A stretch of DNA of 64,000 nucleotides from Octopus sinensis (GCF_006345805.1 NC_043012.1:53816001-53880000), one strand, 5' to 3'; positions 11,086 through 24,512 are shown, counted from the stretch's first letter. Notes: a model not told the origin generated them from the sequence alone. Program-made: numbers and translations.

Positions 11086-13164
11086 TAACAAGGTACTGAA
11101 CCCATATTAAGAAATACAAATCTTATCTGTAGATGTTAAGATCTAGGAAATAACAAATATTGAAATGTAGTATCGAAGAGAGAACAAAAGACGAAAAACA
11201 TTAAAAACAAGATCCTTACTTTTCTGCTTTTGTTTTCTGTATTTAATTTCCTTTGTTTTACTGAATACATCAAAGAAATGTACATTAAATGACATGTACA
11301 GAATTTTGATGGTTACATAAACAATAAGCTAAAATTAAAATTTATTTATTTGAAATACTATATTTTAAAATTTATGAACAACACAAATATAGCAACCAAA
11401 ACGTAAAGTAAATATCAAAAATAAGAAAATGCTTTCAAGAAATTAATTTTTGGTTCAAAACTGTAATTGTTTATCACAATTTTATTGCTTTTGTTGATAT
11501 CTTTGTAGTATTTTCTTTGTTTTTTTTTTTTGATTGGTATCTTTTCCAATGTGTCTGTGACCATCAAACATATACTTCGTAACGAAATTAAGTCTTCTGA
11601 GACGTATGTATGTGTATAGGTATACATATGTGTACATATATGCATATATACTTATACATAAATATATACGTACATATACACATTATATGAATGTGTGTTC
11701 GTGCACTTACGTATATATGTATGCTTATATGCACATATAAGTATATATGTAAATAAGCACATGTGTAAACCAGTCTCTTTCTTTCCTTTTATATGTGTCT
11801 ATGTACGTGTGTATCTGTATGTGTGTCCATAAATATAACTAAAAAAAAATGAGCTGAGACAAATACCTTAGAGTGGCCAATGGCATGAATTTGAAGAACT
11901 AATGCAAAGTTATATTAATTGACATTCAAAATAAAATATTGATATGTTGTTAATTTCACCATATTCAGGAAGGTAAAACAATCACCTGTTGACACAGGTA
12001 ACCAATTCTGAAGGAGGAAATGAGATAATATCTACTGAATGATCCTGTGCAATTGACGTTCCTTTAAGTGAAACAGGTTTTCTAGCGCCAAAGCACAACT
12101 AGGGATACATGTTTCTGTCGTGGTAGGTATGTTTACCAAAGAATTTGTCCAACTTCGTCATTGCAAACATAGGACATAGTCCTATACAAAGTGTATTTAG
12201 GAAACTTTTTATCATTAGAACGAAAATGAACAAGATGAATTAACCCCATCACCAGTGGCATAAATGCATAAATTCTAACACTAAAGACATCTGAAGTTAC
12301 TATTCAAAGTGTAATTTTGATTCTCTATATTTTTTCTCTGCCAGAAAGGTTAAAACAATCGGATATCATTTCTTCGTTTTGAATCTCTCTGTCAAGCTAG
12401 TTCATGGCATATGTGTTTATGAAAGAACTAAGAATTTGCACATATTATCAGCGCCATTACATGATTGAGTGGCTTTTACAATACGAATGTGTTTTGAATT
12501 TTGTTTCGGTCAGGAACGAAGCATTTAAAAAGGCTTCTTTGAGGCAAGACTAACACCTCGGACTTAGGAAAACACTCTTAACTTGAAGATGCTCTCACTT
12601 AGCGGGAATAAAATATAGGCAAACCAAATATGGCAAGCATCAAGAACAGTCTTAGTTCTATCACAAAAAGAAATATTCAAATTTTCACATTATTTATTCA
12701 TGACCAAATTATTAATTCAAAATGACCGACAAGGTCATTTTAGGTCAATTTGTCTACCAAACTATCGAAGGTAATATGCTCTAAGATGGAATGCCAACAC
12801 ATTGGAGTACAGACTAGATGCTTCGATTTCGTTGTGGGGTCGCTCATAGCTATATACAGCAGTTCAAGCGTTTTTGATCCCTAGGTAGTAGCATTCAAGT
12901 GTCTCTAGGAGATGAACAAATCAAGTGTATCTCACCACACTTAAACAGCAGCTAGGCAAGTATTAAAGTAATAAATATACACGCAAACTTTCAGCCTACT
13001 ACTTCAATTATTCCCTGAGATATCGTGACTTAAAGATTGCTACTCATGGTCGGAAATGTCATTTTGAAAAAAATGCCAAAATCTCTGGAAATAGTTGTTT
13101 ACAACAATGCCCAATTACACAAGGATAATGTCCACATTTTAGTGAAATATTTGCAGTTTTGTAC

Positions 13165-13500
13165 AGTCTGGAGGCGTAATGGCCCAGTGGTTAGAGTAGC
13201 GGACTCGCGGTCGGAGGATCGCGGTTTCGATTCGCAGACCAGGCGTTGTATGTGTGTTTCTTGAACGAAAACACCTAAAAGCTTCACGAGGCTCCGGCAA
13301 GGGGTGGTGGCGACCTTGTTGTACTCTTTCGCCACAGCTTTCTCTCTCTCTCTATCTCTCTCTCTCTCTATCTCTCTCTCTCTTCTTGTTTCTTGAGTAA
13401 CGCTGCGATGGACTGGCGTCCCGTCCAGCTGGGGGGAACACATACGCCACAGAAATCGGGAAACCGGGTCCATGATCCTGGCTAGGCTTGAAAAGGGCGA
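13165..13500 (+). mobile_element. SINE family C1, full length with internal (CT)n
   Basis: TGGCCCAGTGGTTAGAG A box and GGTTTCGATTCG B-box variant; tail CTGCGATGGACTGGCGTCCCGTCCAG. Confidence 0.9.
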
Positions 13501-13899
13501 CATTTTTTGCACAGTCTAATAAGGCACAGATGCTTATCCTTTGCTATTTTTCTGAGATTTTGATATCTGAAATCTGAGTTATTAATCTTGCCTTAATGGA
13601 AGACATATGATGTTAATAATTTGGCTGTTAAAACTAATTAAGGATTTTCTTAATTTATTTCATTAGAGCATTTCCTAACATGTATTTATTTTTTAATAAT
13701 AAATTTAGCGCGCCTATTTTTCTGCCTCAGTAAATGAGTAAATGTGTTTGGTCAAGTCTTCTTTCTAATCTGTCGTTTTATTTGTAATGTGGATTTCATT
13801 CGGTTTGGCCGTTTCTGCTTCAATATTTTCATTCTGTTAGTGAGCAACGCGCGTGTATGTTCTTCAACATTTTACATCTTTAGAAGTTCGACCATCTTT

Positions 13900-14400
13900 T
13901 GAAGATGAACTGTTTCGGTGTCTGCAGTATGATATAATCGTGATATAATCTTTCATCTGGTTTAGTTGTAGTGCGTTTCATTCGTTTCTGTTTTGTATTT
14001 ATGGCATTTTCAGTGGTGAACAGAGCTGATTACAGGTTCATTTTTGCTTGCCGATGTGCACTCTGTTATTCCCCGTTTTATATTTGTGGTTACATTCTTT
14101 TCTTTTAAGGTATGTTTAGACATGGACATTGCGTTTCATTTGTTATACTGGGAACGTATGCATCTTTTGTGCTCTGTATATTTGTCTTTGACTGTTTCAC
14201 TAATTGAACCTAAGTAAATCTCTTCGTTTTGACTATCGTGTAACTCCTTTGTTTTAGGCGATTTCCGTGAAAAAGACATTTTTCTTTTATTCTGATTTAG
14301 CGCATACGTTTGCGATTGCGTCTTTTGGTTCCCATTGGTAATCGTTCGATGTGTTTTATGTATTTGTGCCGCTATAACTAACAGTTGCATTATTTCAGTT
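13900..14400 (-). mobile_element. Penelope-like GIY-YIG C-terminal remnant
   Basis: Minus frame EIYLGSISETVKDKYTEHKRCIRSQYNK..LKEKNVTTNIKR..CNQLC fits the YxG..F..RY..HK..IxW..CxLC pattern. Confidence 0.5.
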
Positions 14401-14492
14401 GGACATTTCGAGAAATATTAGCTAATTAGTAAGAACGCATAAATCTCTTCTATTTAATTAGAGCAATCTTAATATCTGCCCTATCAATGACG

Positions 14493-14686
14493 TGTGGAGG
14501 CGCGTTGCTTAATGGTTAGGGTGTTGGACTCACGATTGTAAGATTGCGATTTCGATTCCGAGACCGGGTGACGCGTTGTGTTCTTGAGGAAAACACTTCA
14601 TTCCATGTTGATCCAGTGGACTCACCCGGCAAAAATAAGTAATCCTGCGACGGACTGGCGTCCAGTCTAGATGGGAAATATATATA

Positions 14687-14727
<41 letters not shown>

Positions 14728-14782
14728 TTTTGAAACCGGCAAACCGGTCCTCATGAGCCTAGCATGGCTCGAGAAGGAAACC
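14493..14782 (+). mobile_element. SINE: tRNA head + CORE-like module + family-C tail, with (TA)(TG) insertion
   Basis: Head TGCTTAATGGTTAGG..TTCGATTCC; GTGTTCTTGAGGAAAACACTTCATTCC; tail CCTGCGACGGACTGGCGTCC. Confidence 0.8.
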
Positions 14783-15462
14783 TTTATTTCATTACCAATT
14801 ACATGTGCCATTTTGCAGCATTAATTGAGTGCACTCATGCAAATAAGTGAAGGAAAAAGCAAATTTACGGTTCATTGAAAAACGACGCGAAGACAGGTTT
14901 CACAACACATATATTTAGATTAAAATACAGTCAAAACGAATGGCTAAGTTATTTCACATATAGCTCTGGAATTTAAAGAATGAAAATAAGAATGATAATG
15001 ATGAAAATGAATGCTTACTAGAAGATAAGGGTCACTCTGCTATAATAGATCCAGACAGAATGATCCTTATTTCCCTGAAAAGTATAGCAACCTATGGCAT
15101 ACTTTTGCTGTTGGTGCTTGCTAACACTTCTTTTGATGTTGACTGAGAAGTTTCCTGTAAATTTTACAGTACGAGCTTTATTCAAGACATTGTTAAAACA
15201 ACAGGAATCTCTTCATCAATCTTACAGAAAGGAATGTATTAGACATGAGAATCATTCTCTTTTATCGTTTGATAGTTTCAGTCAATGCCCTACGGCCAGA
15301 CGGAAGCACCAACTTGACAGGCTTAGTCAAATAAATCAATTGCAGTAGTTATTTCTTAATAGATGGTATTTATTCTGTTCTTGCCGATCTGCTAATTTCA
15401 GGGTACGTAAAGAAACCAACGCCGGATGTCAAGGGTAGGAAGGCGGGAGCAAGCACACACAC

Positions 15463-15610
15463 TCTGTGTGTGTGTGTGTATGTGTATGTATGTGTGTGTA
15501 TATGTGTGTGTACGTACGTGTGTGTGTGTGTACGTACGTGTGTGTGTGTGTGTGTGTATGTACGTATGTACGTACGTACGTGTGTGTGTATGTACGTACG
15601 TACGTGTGCA
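15463..15610. repeat. (GT)/(ACGT)/(ATGT) compound microsatellite
   Basis: Directly visible. Confidence 0.95.
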
Positions 15611-16033
15611 TAACACTTCTTTCAGTTGCTGGCTCCCAAATTCACTTCCAAGTCATTGGAGCTAAAGTAGAGTATACTTGCTCAAGATACCACGCTGTGG
15701 GACTGAACTCAGAACTATGTAGCCGGGAAGCATGTTCGTGCCACACAGCCACACCTGTCTTTTTCCAAAATATTTTCACTGTTACTAATAGCTTTTTATC
15801 CGCACCGAGATAATCAGCGTAATCTTTCACTGCTCAACACCTTCAGAAGTCATTAAAACAGATATGTCTGAGCACTTTTAACGCATTCGAAGATAGATGT
15901 AAAGATAACGTGCTTATAACCATTCCTGTGATATTGCATTACACACAAATGGCACAAATAGGTACGTGCTTGTGTGAACAATGTGTATACATACAAACAA
16001 TATGAGTGTATGCGTCTGTCTGTCTGAATATAT

Positions 16034-16375
16034 ATGGTAAGAAGCTTGCTTCCAAGCACACGGCTCCAAGTTCAGTCCCACTGCGTGTCACCTTGGACGA
16101 GTGTCTTTTTTAGCCCTCGGGCCGATTAAAGCCTTGTGAGTGAATTTGGTAGACAGAAACTGAAAGCTCGTCGTGTGTGTGTGTCTTTGTGTCTGCGTGT
16201 CTGCGTTTGTCTCACCACCACCGCTTGACAACCGGTAACTTAATGGTTCGGCAAAAGTTATCGATAGAATAAGTAACAGGCATTAACAAATACTGGGGAC
16301 GATTCAGTCGACTAAAACTTCTTCATGGCTGTGCCCCAGCATGGCCGCAGTCTAATGACTGAAACAAGTAAAAGA
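16034..16375 (+). mobile_element. SINE family A
   Basis: Collinear with 58277-58720 (TTCAGTCCCACTGCGTG..GGTAGACAGAAACTGAAAG..CAGCATGGCCGCAGTC..GAAACAAGTAAAAG). Confidence 0.85.
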
Positions 16376-16749
16376 AAAAATATATATATAGGAAGAGAGA
16401 GAGATCGATGTATATGTGTGCGTATATCTGTACGTGTAAATCTGTATAGGTATATATGTAAGTATATTGATGTCTTAACAAACACTTCACTACACATACA
16501 TCTATCTTGGAAGTGAACATTTTTGAAGCTCATAAATTACTGAATGAATGGAACAGTAGATGGATCAGAAAAGCTTATTTGATAATATAATCATTACAGG
16601 TGAAATAATATTAAAAGCTATCGGTGACGAATATTTACGAACAACTAATAACGTCTGATACGAACATCCTAGTAAGATAAGGAGAGCACTTGAATATAAT
16701 ACTAAACCTGTTGATTAATAGAAATAATGCGCTGATATTTCTTGAATTA

Positions 16750-17060
16750 TAAGAATAGTTGGAAACTTGCCTACGTGGAATATCTGTTCAAGATATTGAA
16801 CAAGGCGTTGACAAGTGAAAAACGGGGGAAACCTCTTGGATTAGATAGGGCACATACTAAAACAGTAAAATCAGTTTAAACATTTAGAAATGATTTAGAA
16901 CGTTTTAGATAAAACGTTAATATGGACTGATCTAAGAACAAGAAGGAGGACGAATTCCTACTCGGCTAAAATGAAAGAGATCACGACTTCAGAGAGGCAG
17001 AAATGGTAGCGGAGAATAGGCGAGATTGATGAGAATATACAGGGATCTTTCGTGTCAAAT
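16750..17060 (+). mobile_element. Old RTE-type LINE 3' remnant
   Basis: Fragments KLAYV.. and RRRGR..(R)QKW resemble RTE C-termini; heavily decayed. Confidence 0.3.
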
Positions 17061-17136
17061 GCCGTTGTGGGTAGTACCATACATACATATATATATATAT
17101 ACTACACAGACTTAACTGAAATAACGCGGCCCTCAG

Positions 17137-17200
17137 GCCATTCTATACTAGGGGGGATGAAGTCCCTTAAGAGAAGCGTGGGAAGGTTGTCATCTTGGTA

Positions 17201-17237
<37 letters not shown>

Positions 17238-17370
17238 GCACCTATATACAAATATATAGACGCACACGTGTATGTAGATATATATGTATGTAACTATTCA
17301 TGCCATTCTATATTAGGGAAGCTGAAGGCTCCTAGAAGAAGCATGGGGAGGTTGTCATCTTCGCAGGTTA

Positions 17371-17401
<31 letters not shown>

Positions 17402-17459
17402 AATATATAGACACACACGCACACGTGTATGTAGATATATATGTATGTAAATATTCATG
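17137..17459. repeat. Diverged tandem dimer of a ~165-bp unit
   Basis: GCCATTCTATA..GGTTGTCATCTT..(AT)n..CACGTGTATGTAGATATATATGTATGTAA starts at 17137 and again at 17302. Confidence 0.85.
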
Positions 17460-17979
17460 TCTGTATATGGATGTCCATATGTACGTTTGTGTGTGTATAT
17501 ATATATATATGTGTGTGTGTGTATACATGTAATGGGAAAAAGACAGAAAATTTAAGTGAAAATTTAAAATGCAGATGAAAAAGAGGTAATTAAATACAAG
17601 TAATTTAATGATAATGGAAGATAAATTTGGATTAGAAACATACAAAATAAATATACATAGTTACTAAGTATGGAGAGCTAAGCAAATGCGCAACGACAGA
17701 AGACTAGTTCAGAACACCTTGAGGGTGAATCTCTAATGTGGTGATGGCCGCTAGCAACAGTAAATCTGCGAAGATTGATAAAGTCTTTAATTTCAGATGA
17801 AAATTTTTATCAATATATTATAATCCGTAGAAACTGCATTTACTTAATTACGAACAAGACGAAAATTAATGTTACTTATTAATCATGTTAACTATATCAA
17901 CGAACATTAATTCCCAATCACAAAATAAACTAGTGACTCATGAAACGCTTGTTTTACCTACAGTTTATGAACCTCTGAT

Positions 17980-18290
17980 ATCGATCTCTCCCTTTTCGCC
18001 ACTTAACTATTCCTGGAAGGGACGTTGCGGTAGAATACTTGGGCACTTCCTCCACTGGGTATTATCCGAAACAACCGTCATTACACTTGCTGGATTACCA
18101 AGTCTGACCATTTGAAACTATAGGTATCATCCAACCACCCCGTCCTAGATCCATCCCTAGGTTTTTCGTCGATTAGTTCGGCTTGAAGTATCCGTCTTGC
18201 AGTCATTTCCCGAGACATTTTCTGATATCAATAGCATGAAATATGTTGGTTGTTCCTCTGGAAGATAATAGTATCTTGTTAGTAGAGCAG
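17980..18290 (-). mobile_element. RTE (Expander-like) LINE 3' remnant
   Basis: Minus frames MSREMTARRILQAELI..SRTGWLDDTYS..WSDLVIQQ; similar to 23790-23960. Confidence 0.55.
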
Positions 18291-18379
18291 AAAGAGTATC
18301 GGAAGTGTTTTGTTCATGCAAAGAAGTGCTATGGGTAAATGGAGCAGTTATTGAAAGCATGAGAAAAACTAAACGAAAA

Positions 18380-19800
18380 TGTCGTCATGACAAGGTTTGA
18401 TTCAACCTAGAAAGCCATTCAGCAATTTGCCCTACTCCTGCTTATTGGAGACAATGTACATAAAAATACAATATTAAATTTTGGGCTGTGTATCAATTAC
18501 ACCATGGGAAACTCTGTAAACCTCAATAACAATGTAGTATAATAAAGTATCAAATACCGTCCTTAGTTTCAGAGGACGGAATTTTCAAGGAGATTTTTTC
18601 TCACTTCTCTTGAGTGTACATCTAACTTTATTAACAAATCTGACTCTAGCTACCAGTGATTATACATATTGTGAACAAACTATAAAATATGTCCTGCATG
18701 TGGTGGATTTCAAACTATTCACAAGAGACAACACCTAGCCGCTGAACCTACCGAAACTTTACGAATTCAACTGTATTATTAAATGAATATGGATTTAGAC
18801 AAGCGTGCCAAAATTACCCTAAAAACGGTAACTTAATTTAACTGAAGCCCAAAATATTAAGTTAGCGTTAAGCAGTGAAATAAGAGAATGTGAACAAAAC
18901 TGCCCATTCATGTAGATGAAAGTGATAAGTTATAAGATGCAGAAACCAAGGAGAAAATTAGAAAATATTAATATACAAAAGTGAAACGAATATTTAAAAC
19001 CTCACTCAATGTCAGAAATAAGATTTTATATTTAAATATAGTACCCATTCCAATAATAATCTACAGTTTCACTATAATAAATTGTATGTTAAGGGAATTG
19101 AAGAATATATGAAAACTAGAAATCTGCGCTCGGCATTCCTAACAGGCTCTCCTAAAGCTCAAATCCTTATATCCTAAATAGGATATAAATATCACATCTG
19201 CAGAAAGGAAAGGAGCTAATACAATTAGAGAATATTACATAGTCAGTACACGTTGTCTCGAAAATATGTAGAAGTAAGCAAATACACACTGGGAACAAAA
19301 TAACCAAACTGCATAAGGGGACAGGGTATAAATTGAAAGCTAAATTAAATACCAATGTGAAGATACTAACGAAACATTTGATAAAGCAAAGGAAAATGTG
19401 CAAAAGAAGAGATAAGATTGAAGGGCAATTTCAAAAAATGCCCTAGGAAATTAAAACGGATAGAAAAAAAGACTTCATGAATAGTATCCTTCATAACTGT
19501 ACAGTGCTGAATTCAGTTAATAAGAAAGACAACATACTTTAAAATAAACTCTGGACTGAAGGCATAGATAGAAAGTTTGATTTTATGCTTTGCTGTTATA
19601 ACTAACAAAATGCAATATCGAAAATAGAAGATTGATATCATTGTTATTCTGGTCTCATTTCATATATTTGCAGATAAAATATATCGACATACATGTAACT
19701 AGCAATATCTATTGGGCAATAATACTGATCTTTTCACATCAAAACTGAAAAGAAATTATAAAAAATATGCATCTTAATAGGGCTTGTTAGATAAATTGTT
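18380..19800 (+). mobile_element. R4/Dong-like LINE RT remnant
   Basis: Frameshifted GIF(Q)GD at ~18580, VLHVVDFKLF (YMDDLKL position), MDLDKRAKIT, KEKIRK, PIIIYSFTIINW and KTRN appear in the correct order; (H)GQF and IYWAI downstream. Confidence 0.6.
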
Positions 19801-20144
19801 CTCAAACATCTTTATTAGATGAAAGTAAAATCAATGTGTACATCGGAGATATAAGCGATGATTTTAATGTCAGTTGAAAAAGAAAGAAAACTGGATGTAC
19901 TATGAATGATATTTCTATCTCTTCCGACCAAAACATCAGCCGAAAGGAATTTCAAATACTATTTATATACTTCTTCAAAATTGAAATGCACAAGATTTTT
20001 TAGTATGAGAGATGAAACGCTGCCAATAATAATTTGCGCTTTGGCTTCGACAGAATAAAGTACATAACATAAATACAAACCTCATTTCATATCTCAAAAG
20101 GTTACACATACTCTAAATAAAAGTAGGTACAAGATATATCTTAT

Positions 20145-20519
20145 ATTTTACTTGCTTCAGTCATTAGACAATAGCAATGGTTTATGGTTTTGAAGTGTTT
20201 CAGACGAAGAAATCGAGCCTAATAATTAATTTTTTTATCTGCGGAAATTATTCTGTCCGCTTTTTTTTACTGAACCGCTAAGTTATGAGGAGATAAACAA
20301 ACCAACACCGGTCGTCAAGCAATTGGGGGATAAACCCAAGATACACACACACACACATATATATATATTTAATTATTATTTGAGGGAATATTTTTGCAAT
20401 TTACTTAATCTTTGACATTTTATTGTTATTTTAATTTTAATTTTTCTATTATATGTAATTTTCTAGATGGTGTAATTTAATTGACCATTTTGAATTGATA
20501 AAAGGTGTTTTTTTTTCTA

Positions 20520-20565
<46 letters not shown>

Positions 20566-20660
20566 GATTGACTTCTACACAATTTCCGTCTACCGAATTC
20601 GCTCAAAAGACATTGGTAGGCCAGGGGTTATCGTAGAAGACACTTGCCCAATTTTCCGCG
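20145..20660 (-). mobile_element. Family-A SINE in two pieces (20145-20345, 20565-20660) split by AT-rich/(TA)n sequence
   Basis: TTTTACTTGCTTCAGTCATT, GAACCGCTAAGTTA and TTCCGTCTACCGAATTC motifs. Confidence 0.65.
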
Positions 20661-20999
20661 CGGGATTTCAATTCATTAACATATTTCATACTGTACATAT
20701 TCTACACGATCCTCACACAGTACTATAACACTGCTAAATCACATCGATTCTACACAATCGTCCACGGCAATTTAGATGTCACGTGAACGCTTCCCTAACA
20801 ACCAGCTACAAGAACAACACTCCATCGCACACCCAATGTGTGACTGAGCATTGTGTGATGTGATGTAGTTTTGTCTGTGTCACGTTCGTTCTTCGCATAT
20901 ATCCTACACTAAAACACCTATCCTCGTTTATCACGGGCGTTTATTTCCTAAAAAATAATTACAGTGTAAAAGGAATAAATAAGGAAATTCTGTCCACGA

Positions 21000-21111
21000 G
21001 CTTCAGAACTAGAACGAATGGTAGATCCACTTAGACCAAACTCGCGGCCCACAGTAGCATAGACTTGACAGTCACGTATTCTCTTGATTATCTTTACCCT
21101 TTCCTGTAGAG
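21000..21111 (-). pseudogene. Tigger/pogo transposase N-terminal HTH (CENP-B/psq-type) fragment
   Basis: LQERVKIIKRIRDCQVYATVGREFGLSGSTIRS fits the ITL..KV.II.R....A.VGREFGL..STIR pattern. Confidence 0.65.
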
Positions 21112-21300
21112 CAGTGATTCCCAACGTGCAGCGTACGCCCATTAGTGGGGGCGGGAAAAACTGTAGTGGGGCTTGGTGGCGTAGCTACCAGACACAGAAT
21201 TCTCGTCAAAGTGATTCACTTTATTTTCTTCTTAATCAATAATGTACTGTTTTTTCTGCTCGGTGCTTAATAAAAGAATTACCGGTAGATTCTTTTGTAT
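21112..21300 (+). mobile_element. hAT MITE left end (right TIR not found)
   Basis: CAGTGATTCCCAAC TIR preceded by CTGTAGAG; GGGGGCG subterminal motif. Confidence 0.55.
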
Positions 21301-21324
21301 TAAATAATTGTGATAATATATTGG

Positions 21325-21545
21325 TTTCAAATTTTGGCACAAGGCCAGCAATTTTGGGGAAGTGGTTAAGTCGGTTATATCAACCCCAGTGATCAATTGG
21401 TACTTATTTTATCGACCTCGAGAGAATGAAAGGCAAAGTCGACTTCAGCGGAATTCAAACTCAGAACTTAGGGATGGACGAAATGCCGCTAAGTATTTTG
21501 CCAGATGTGCTAACAAATTTTCCAGATCTCCGCCTTACATTTTGA
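21325..21545 (-). mobile_element. SINE family B (tail variant B2)
   Basis: GAAAGGCAAAGTCGACTTCAGCGGAATTCAAACTCAGAAC core; GGCACAAGGCC tail. Confidence 0.85.
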
Positions 21546-22019
21546 TAAATTATTAAAAATAAAGTCGGTTTTTATTCTTCAACCTCGAATGGGGCAAACA
21601 TTTTTCTAGAAAGCTATATCACAAACCAATCCGTAGTAAGCGTGACTTTGCTATTCCGGAGCAGTGATGAACGTATCAGTGGTAAACGAAGCTACATGTA
21701 AATGCTGTGCTAGAAATGAATCGGCCATTTATTTCCAGATACTTAGTGTAAGCAAAAAACAATAACAATAAAATCAAATTTTATAGTTTTACTGCAGTAA
21801 ACAGTCATTCGAAATAATATATTTTGTTAATTTACAAATGATAGATTTTGAATAAGATATTTTATTGTTACAACTTTTGATAAATATTTATCGTAACATA
21901 TATAAGTAATTGAATAATGATTTCTAACAACGATAGACATTTTGTCTGGCCTTCTACAAGCTATGCTATTTAGATCCTTCCCTAACAAGTAATAATAATA
22001 ATAATAATAATAATCGTCT

Positions 22020-22225
22020 ACATTAGGCACAAGGCCTGAAATTTGCGGAGAGGGGGCTAGTCGATTATATCGACCCATTTGTTTCACTGGTAATTAATTT
22101 ATCGACCCCGAAAGAATGAAATGGCAAAGTCGGCTTCGGTGGGATTTGAACTAAGAATCTAAGGACGGACGAAATTCTGCGAAGCATTTTACTCGGCGTC
22201 CTAATGCTTCTACCAGCTGACTGCC
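22020..22225 (-). mobile_element. SINE family B2
   Basis: Same core and tail as 21325. Confidence 0.8.
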
Positions 22226-22649
22226 TTTAATGATAATAATAATAATAATAATTTCCAATTTTGGCTGATGACCAGCAGATTATAAGGGAGGGGGATGCCG
22301 ATTAGATTCATCCCAGTAAATGACTGATATATTATCGATGAGGAAAGGATGAAAGGAAAACGACTACAGTATTTGCGCTCCGAACACAAAGGGTCGGAAG
22401 ATATACCGCACAGCATTTCGCCTTGATCAAACAATTCTACCAAAACAACCAACTAGAATAACAATGAATTCTGCTTCAGGAAGTTTTGAAAGAGAGATTA
22501 GTTGATACCATTAACCCTAGTAATCGAGTGGTGCTGTATTTTAACGATTGGCGAAGTTGGCTTCGGCAGGATTTGAACTCGGAACGTAAAAATAAGGAAC
22601 AAATACTGCTAGATATTTTTGCGACGCTCTAATGATATTGACAATCAGC

Positions 22650-23200
22650 AAATCGACTACAATAAGGAATTTGACAACCATATATGACAAATAAGGAAAG
22701 CAGAAAATAGTGGCCAACTTCAACTGCAAAAAACTCAGAGAGAGACATGGTAACGCAGCGGATGGTACTCGAAAGAGATGCAGGAATCAAACGAGAAGCA
22801 AGTAAAAGCAGAGATACGAAGTACTGGTCTTCGTCGCACAAGAAGAGTCTCGCGACCAAATCGCTTCGCCGTCAAATTATAAAAGATCGAGCAAATTATT
22901 TGGCATGATCTGTGGAAAATATGAAGAAACCATCGCCCGTGTTGTTGTTTTTTTTTTGTTTTGCTTTTTTTTTGTCTGATTGAAGAGAACTACATCCACT
23001 GACAACATAAGATAACGGCGGACATGTACTGAAAAATATGCGGGATCTATAGAATCAAAACATTTGAGGTATGAAGATTAGTCAAACACGGCCACTAACA
23101 ACAACATCCTATGGATCATGACTATTCACACTAGCAGAAACTTAAAAGTGCATACTTCAATAGCAAAAAGTCACTTAAAAATTCGAAGGGACATTTGGGG
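22650..23200 (+). mobile_element. R4/Dong-like LINE remnant (zinc-knuckle region)
   Basis: VLVFVAQEESLATKSLRRQIIKD followed by MICGKYEETIARVV (frameshifted). Confidence 0.55.
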
Positions 23201-23220
23201 TATCCCAATATATATTTTTT

Positions 23221-23507
23221 ATCTTTTACTTGTTTCAGCCATGCTGGGGCACTGCTGTGAAAAATTTTAGCCCTACGAATCGACGCTACTACAACAAATT
23301 TTCCTATATTTTTTCCAGCGTGGAAATAAACATCCTCTTTTGTTATATATATATAATTTCTGAAGGGTGTCTACCAAATCCACTTACAAGGCTTTAGATG
23401 GCCCTAGGATGTGGTAGAAGACACTTGCCAAAGGGTCCACATAGTGGAACTGAACGAGGAACAATGTAACTGGGTAGCAAAATTCTTACAGCACAGCCAT
23501 AGTTCCT
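23221..23507 (-). mobile_element. SINE family A, internally deleted
   Basis: TTTTACTTGTTTCAG..GTAGAAGACACTTGCCAAAGG..GGAACTGAAC motifs. Confidence 0.75.
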
Positions 23508-23789
23508 AATGTGAATACGTATGTTGAAACAGATTTTGCTGTATCGGGCGAGTGTCATAATGTAAACAATAATTTTTGGCATTATGAATCTCCTGAGATA
23601 CGTCAAATCTTGTTATATATATAATGTTTATACGTGTGTGTCTGTCTATAAGCGTGAAAAATTAACTCGCCACATTGGCAGAATCATGATATTCTACAGG
23701 CGCAACCAGCTTCATCAATTTCAATCAGTATAACACAAAAATTTCTAAAGGTTATATAATGACTTTATCCCTCCGTCCATTGACGCTAT

Positions 23790-24200
23790 CCACTACTCTC
23801 GAGAACAGTCTACAGGCATCTCTTCCTTAGGGCCGTATCAGAATCAACCATCATTATACTTTCTTGCTGGATTCCCAAGTGTGACTAAGTGAGACTGTGG
23901 GTATTATCCAACCATCTTGCTCTTCATCTACGTCTGCGTGTTCTGGTTGGCGCGGTTTGAAAGATCTGCATTGCGATCTTTTCCAGCTTTATCCTAACCA
24001 CATGCTCGTAGTACCGTTGATGTGATCTCTCGATGCGCGAAAAAATAGTGGTTTGTTCTGGAGATTCTCTCTGATCTCCGAGCGCATTCTGTCCAGAGGT
24101 TCTTCAGATGAAACCCATTTCGGCCGCTTATATTCGCAATCGTACGCTTTCTGTCATTACCCAGTATTTATGACCATACGTAAGGATAAGAACATAACTG
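23790..24200 (-). mobile_element. RTE (Expander-like) LINE 3' remnant
   Basis: YVLILTYGHKYWVMTESVRLRI*AAEMGF, then RYYEHVVR..RARWLDNTHS..HLGI. Confidence 0.75.
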
Positions 24201-24512
24201 GAGCTCCGTCGGTTACTTCGATGCATGTTTCAGTTCACCCGATCAACGAACGGCGTGCTCGTGAAATTATCACGCAAATGGTTGAGTACCCCACAGACAG
24301 GCATACCCTTAGCGTAGTTATAAAGGAGATTCGGCGTGACACAGAATGTGGCAAGGCTGGCTCTTTTGAATTACAGGTAAAAATCATTTTTGCCAGCTGT
24401 GGACAGGAGCAACGTGAAATAAAGTGTTTTGCTCAAGGACAAAACGCACCAGCAGGAATCGAACTCACCGCCTTACGATTGTGAGCCGAATAACCTAACC
24501 ACGAATCCACAT
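24200..24512 (-). mobile_element. SINE: tRNA head + CORE-like module + Deu-like tail
   Basis: B box GAGTTCGATTCC; TGTCCTTGAGCAAAACACTTTATTTCACGTTGCTCC; tail shared with 28330-28510. Confidence 0.75.

Noticed and set aside
13905-13975. Hammerhead-like remnants next to Penelope pieces (also GAAACACGTG near 26980 and a motif near 29140)
   Set aside because: The CUGANGA core or helix II is missing, so they are too degenerate to call.
15160-15240. Candidate exon after TTTTACAG
   Set aside because: The donor is weak, the peptide is not recognisable and no partner exons were found.
24053-24484. 143-aa plus-strand ORF
   Set aside because: It spans the antisense of an RTE remnant and a SINE, so it is a chance chimera.
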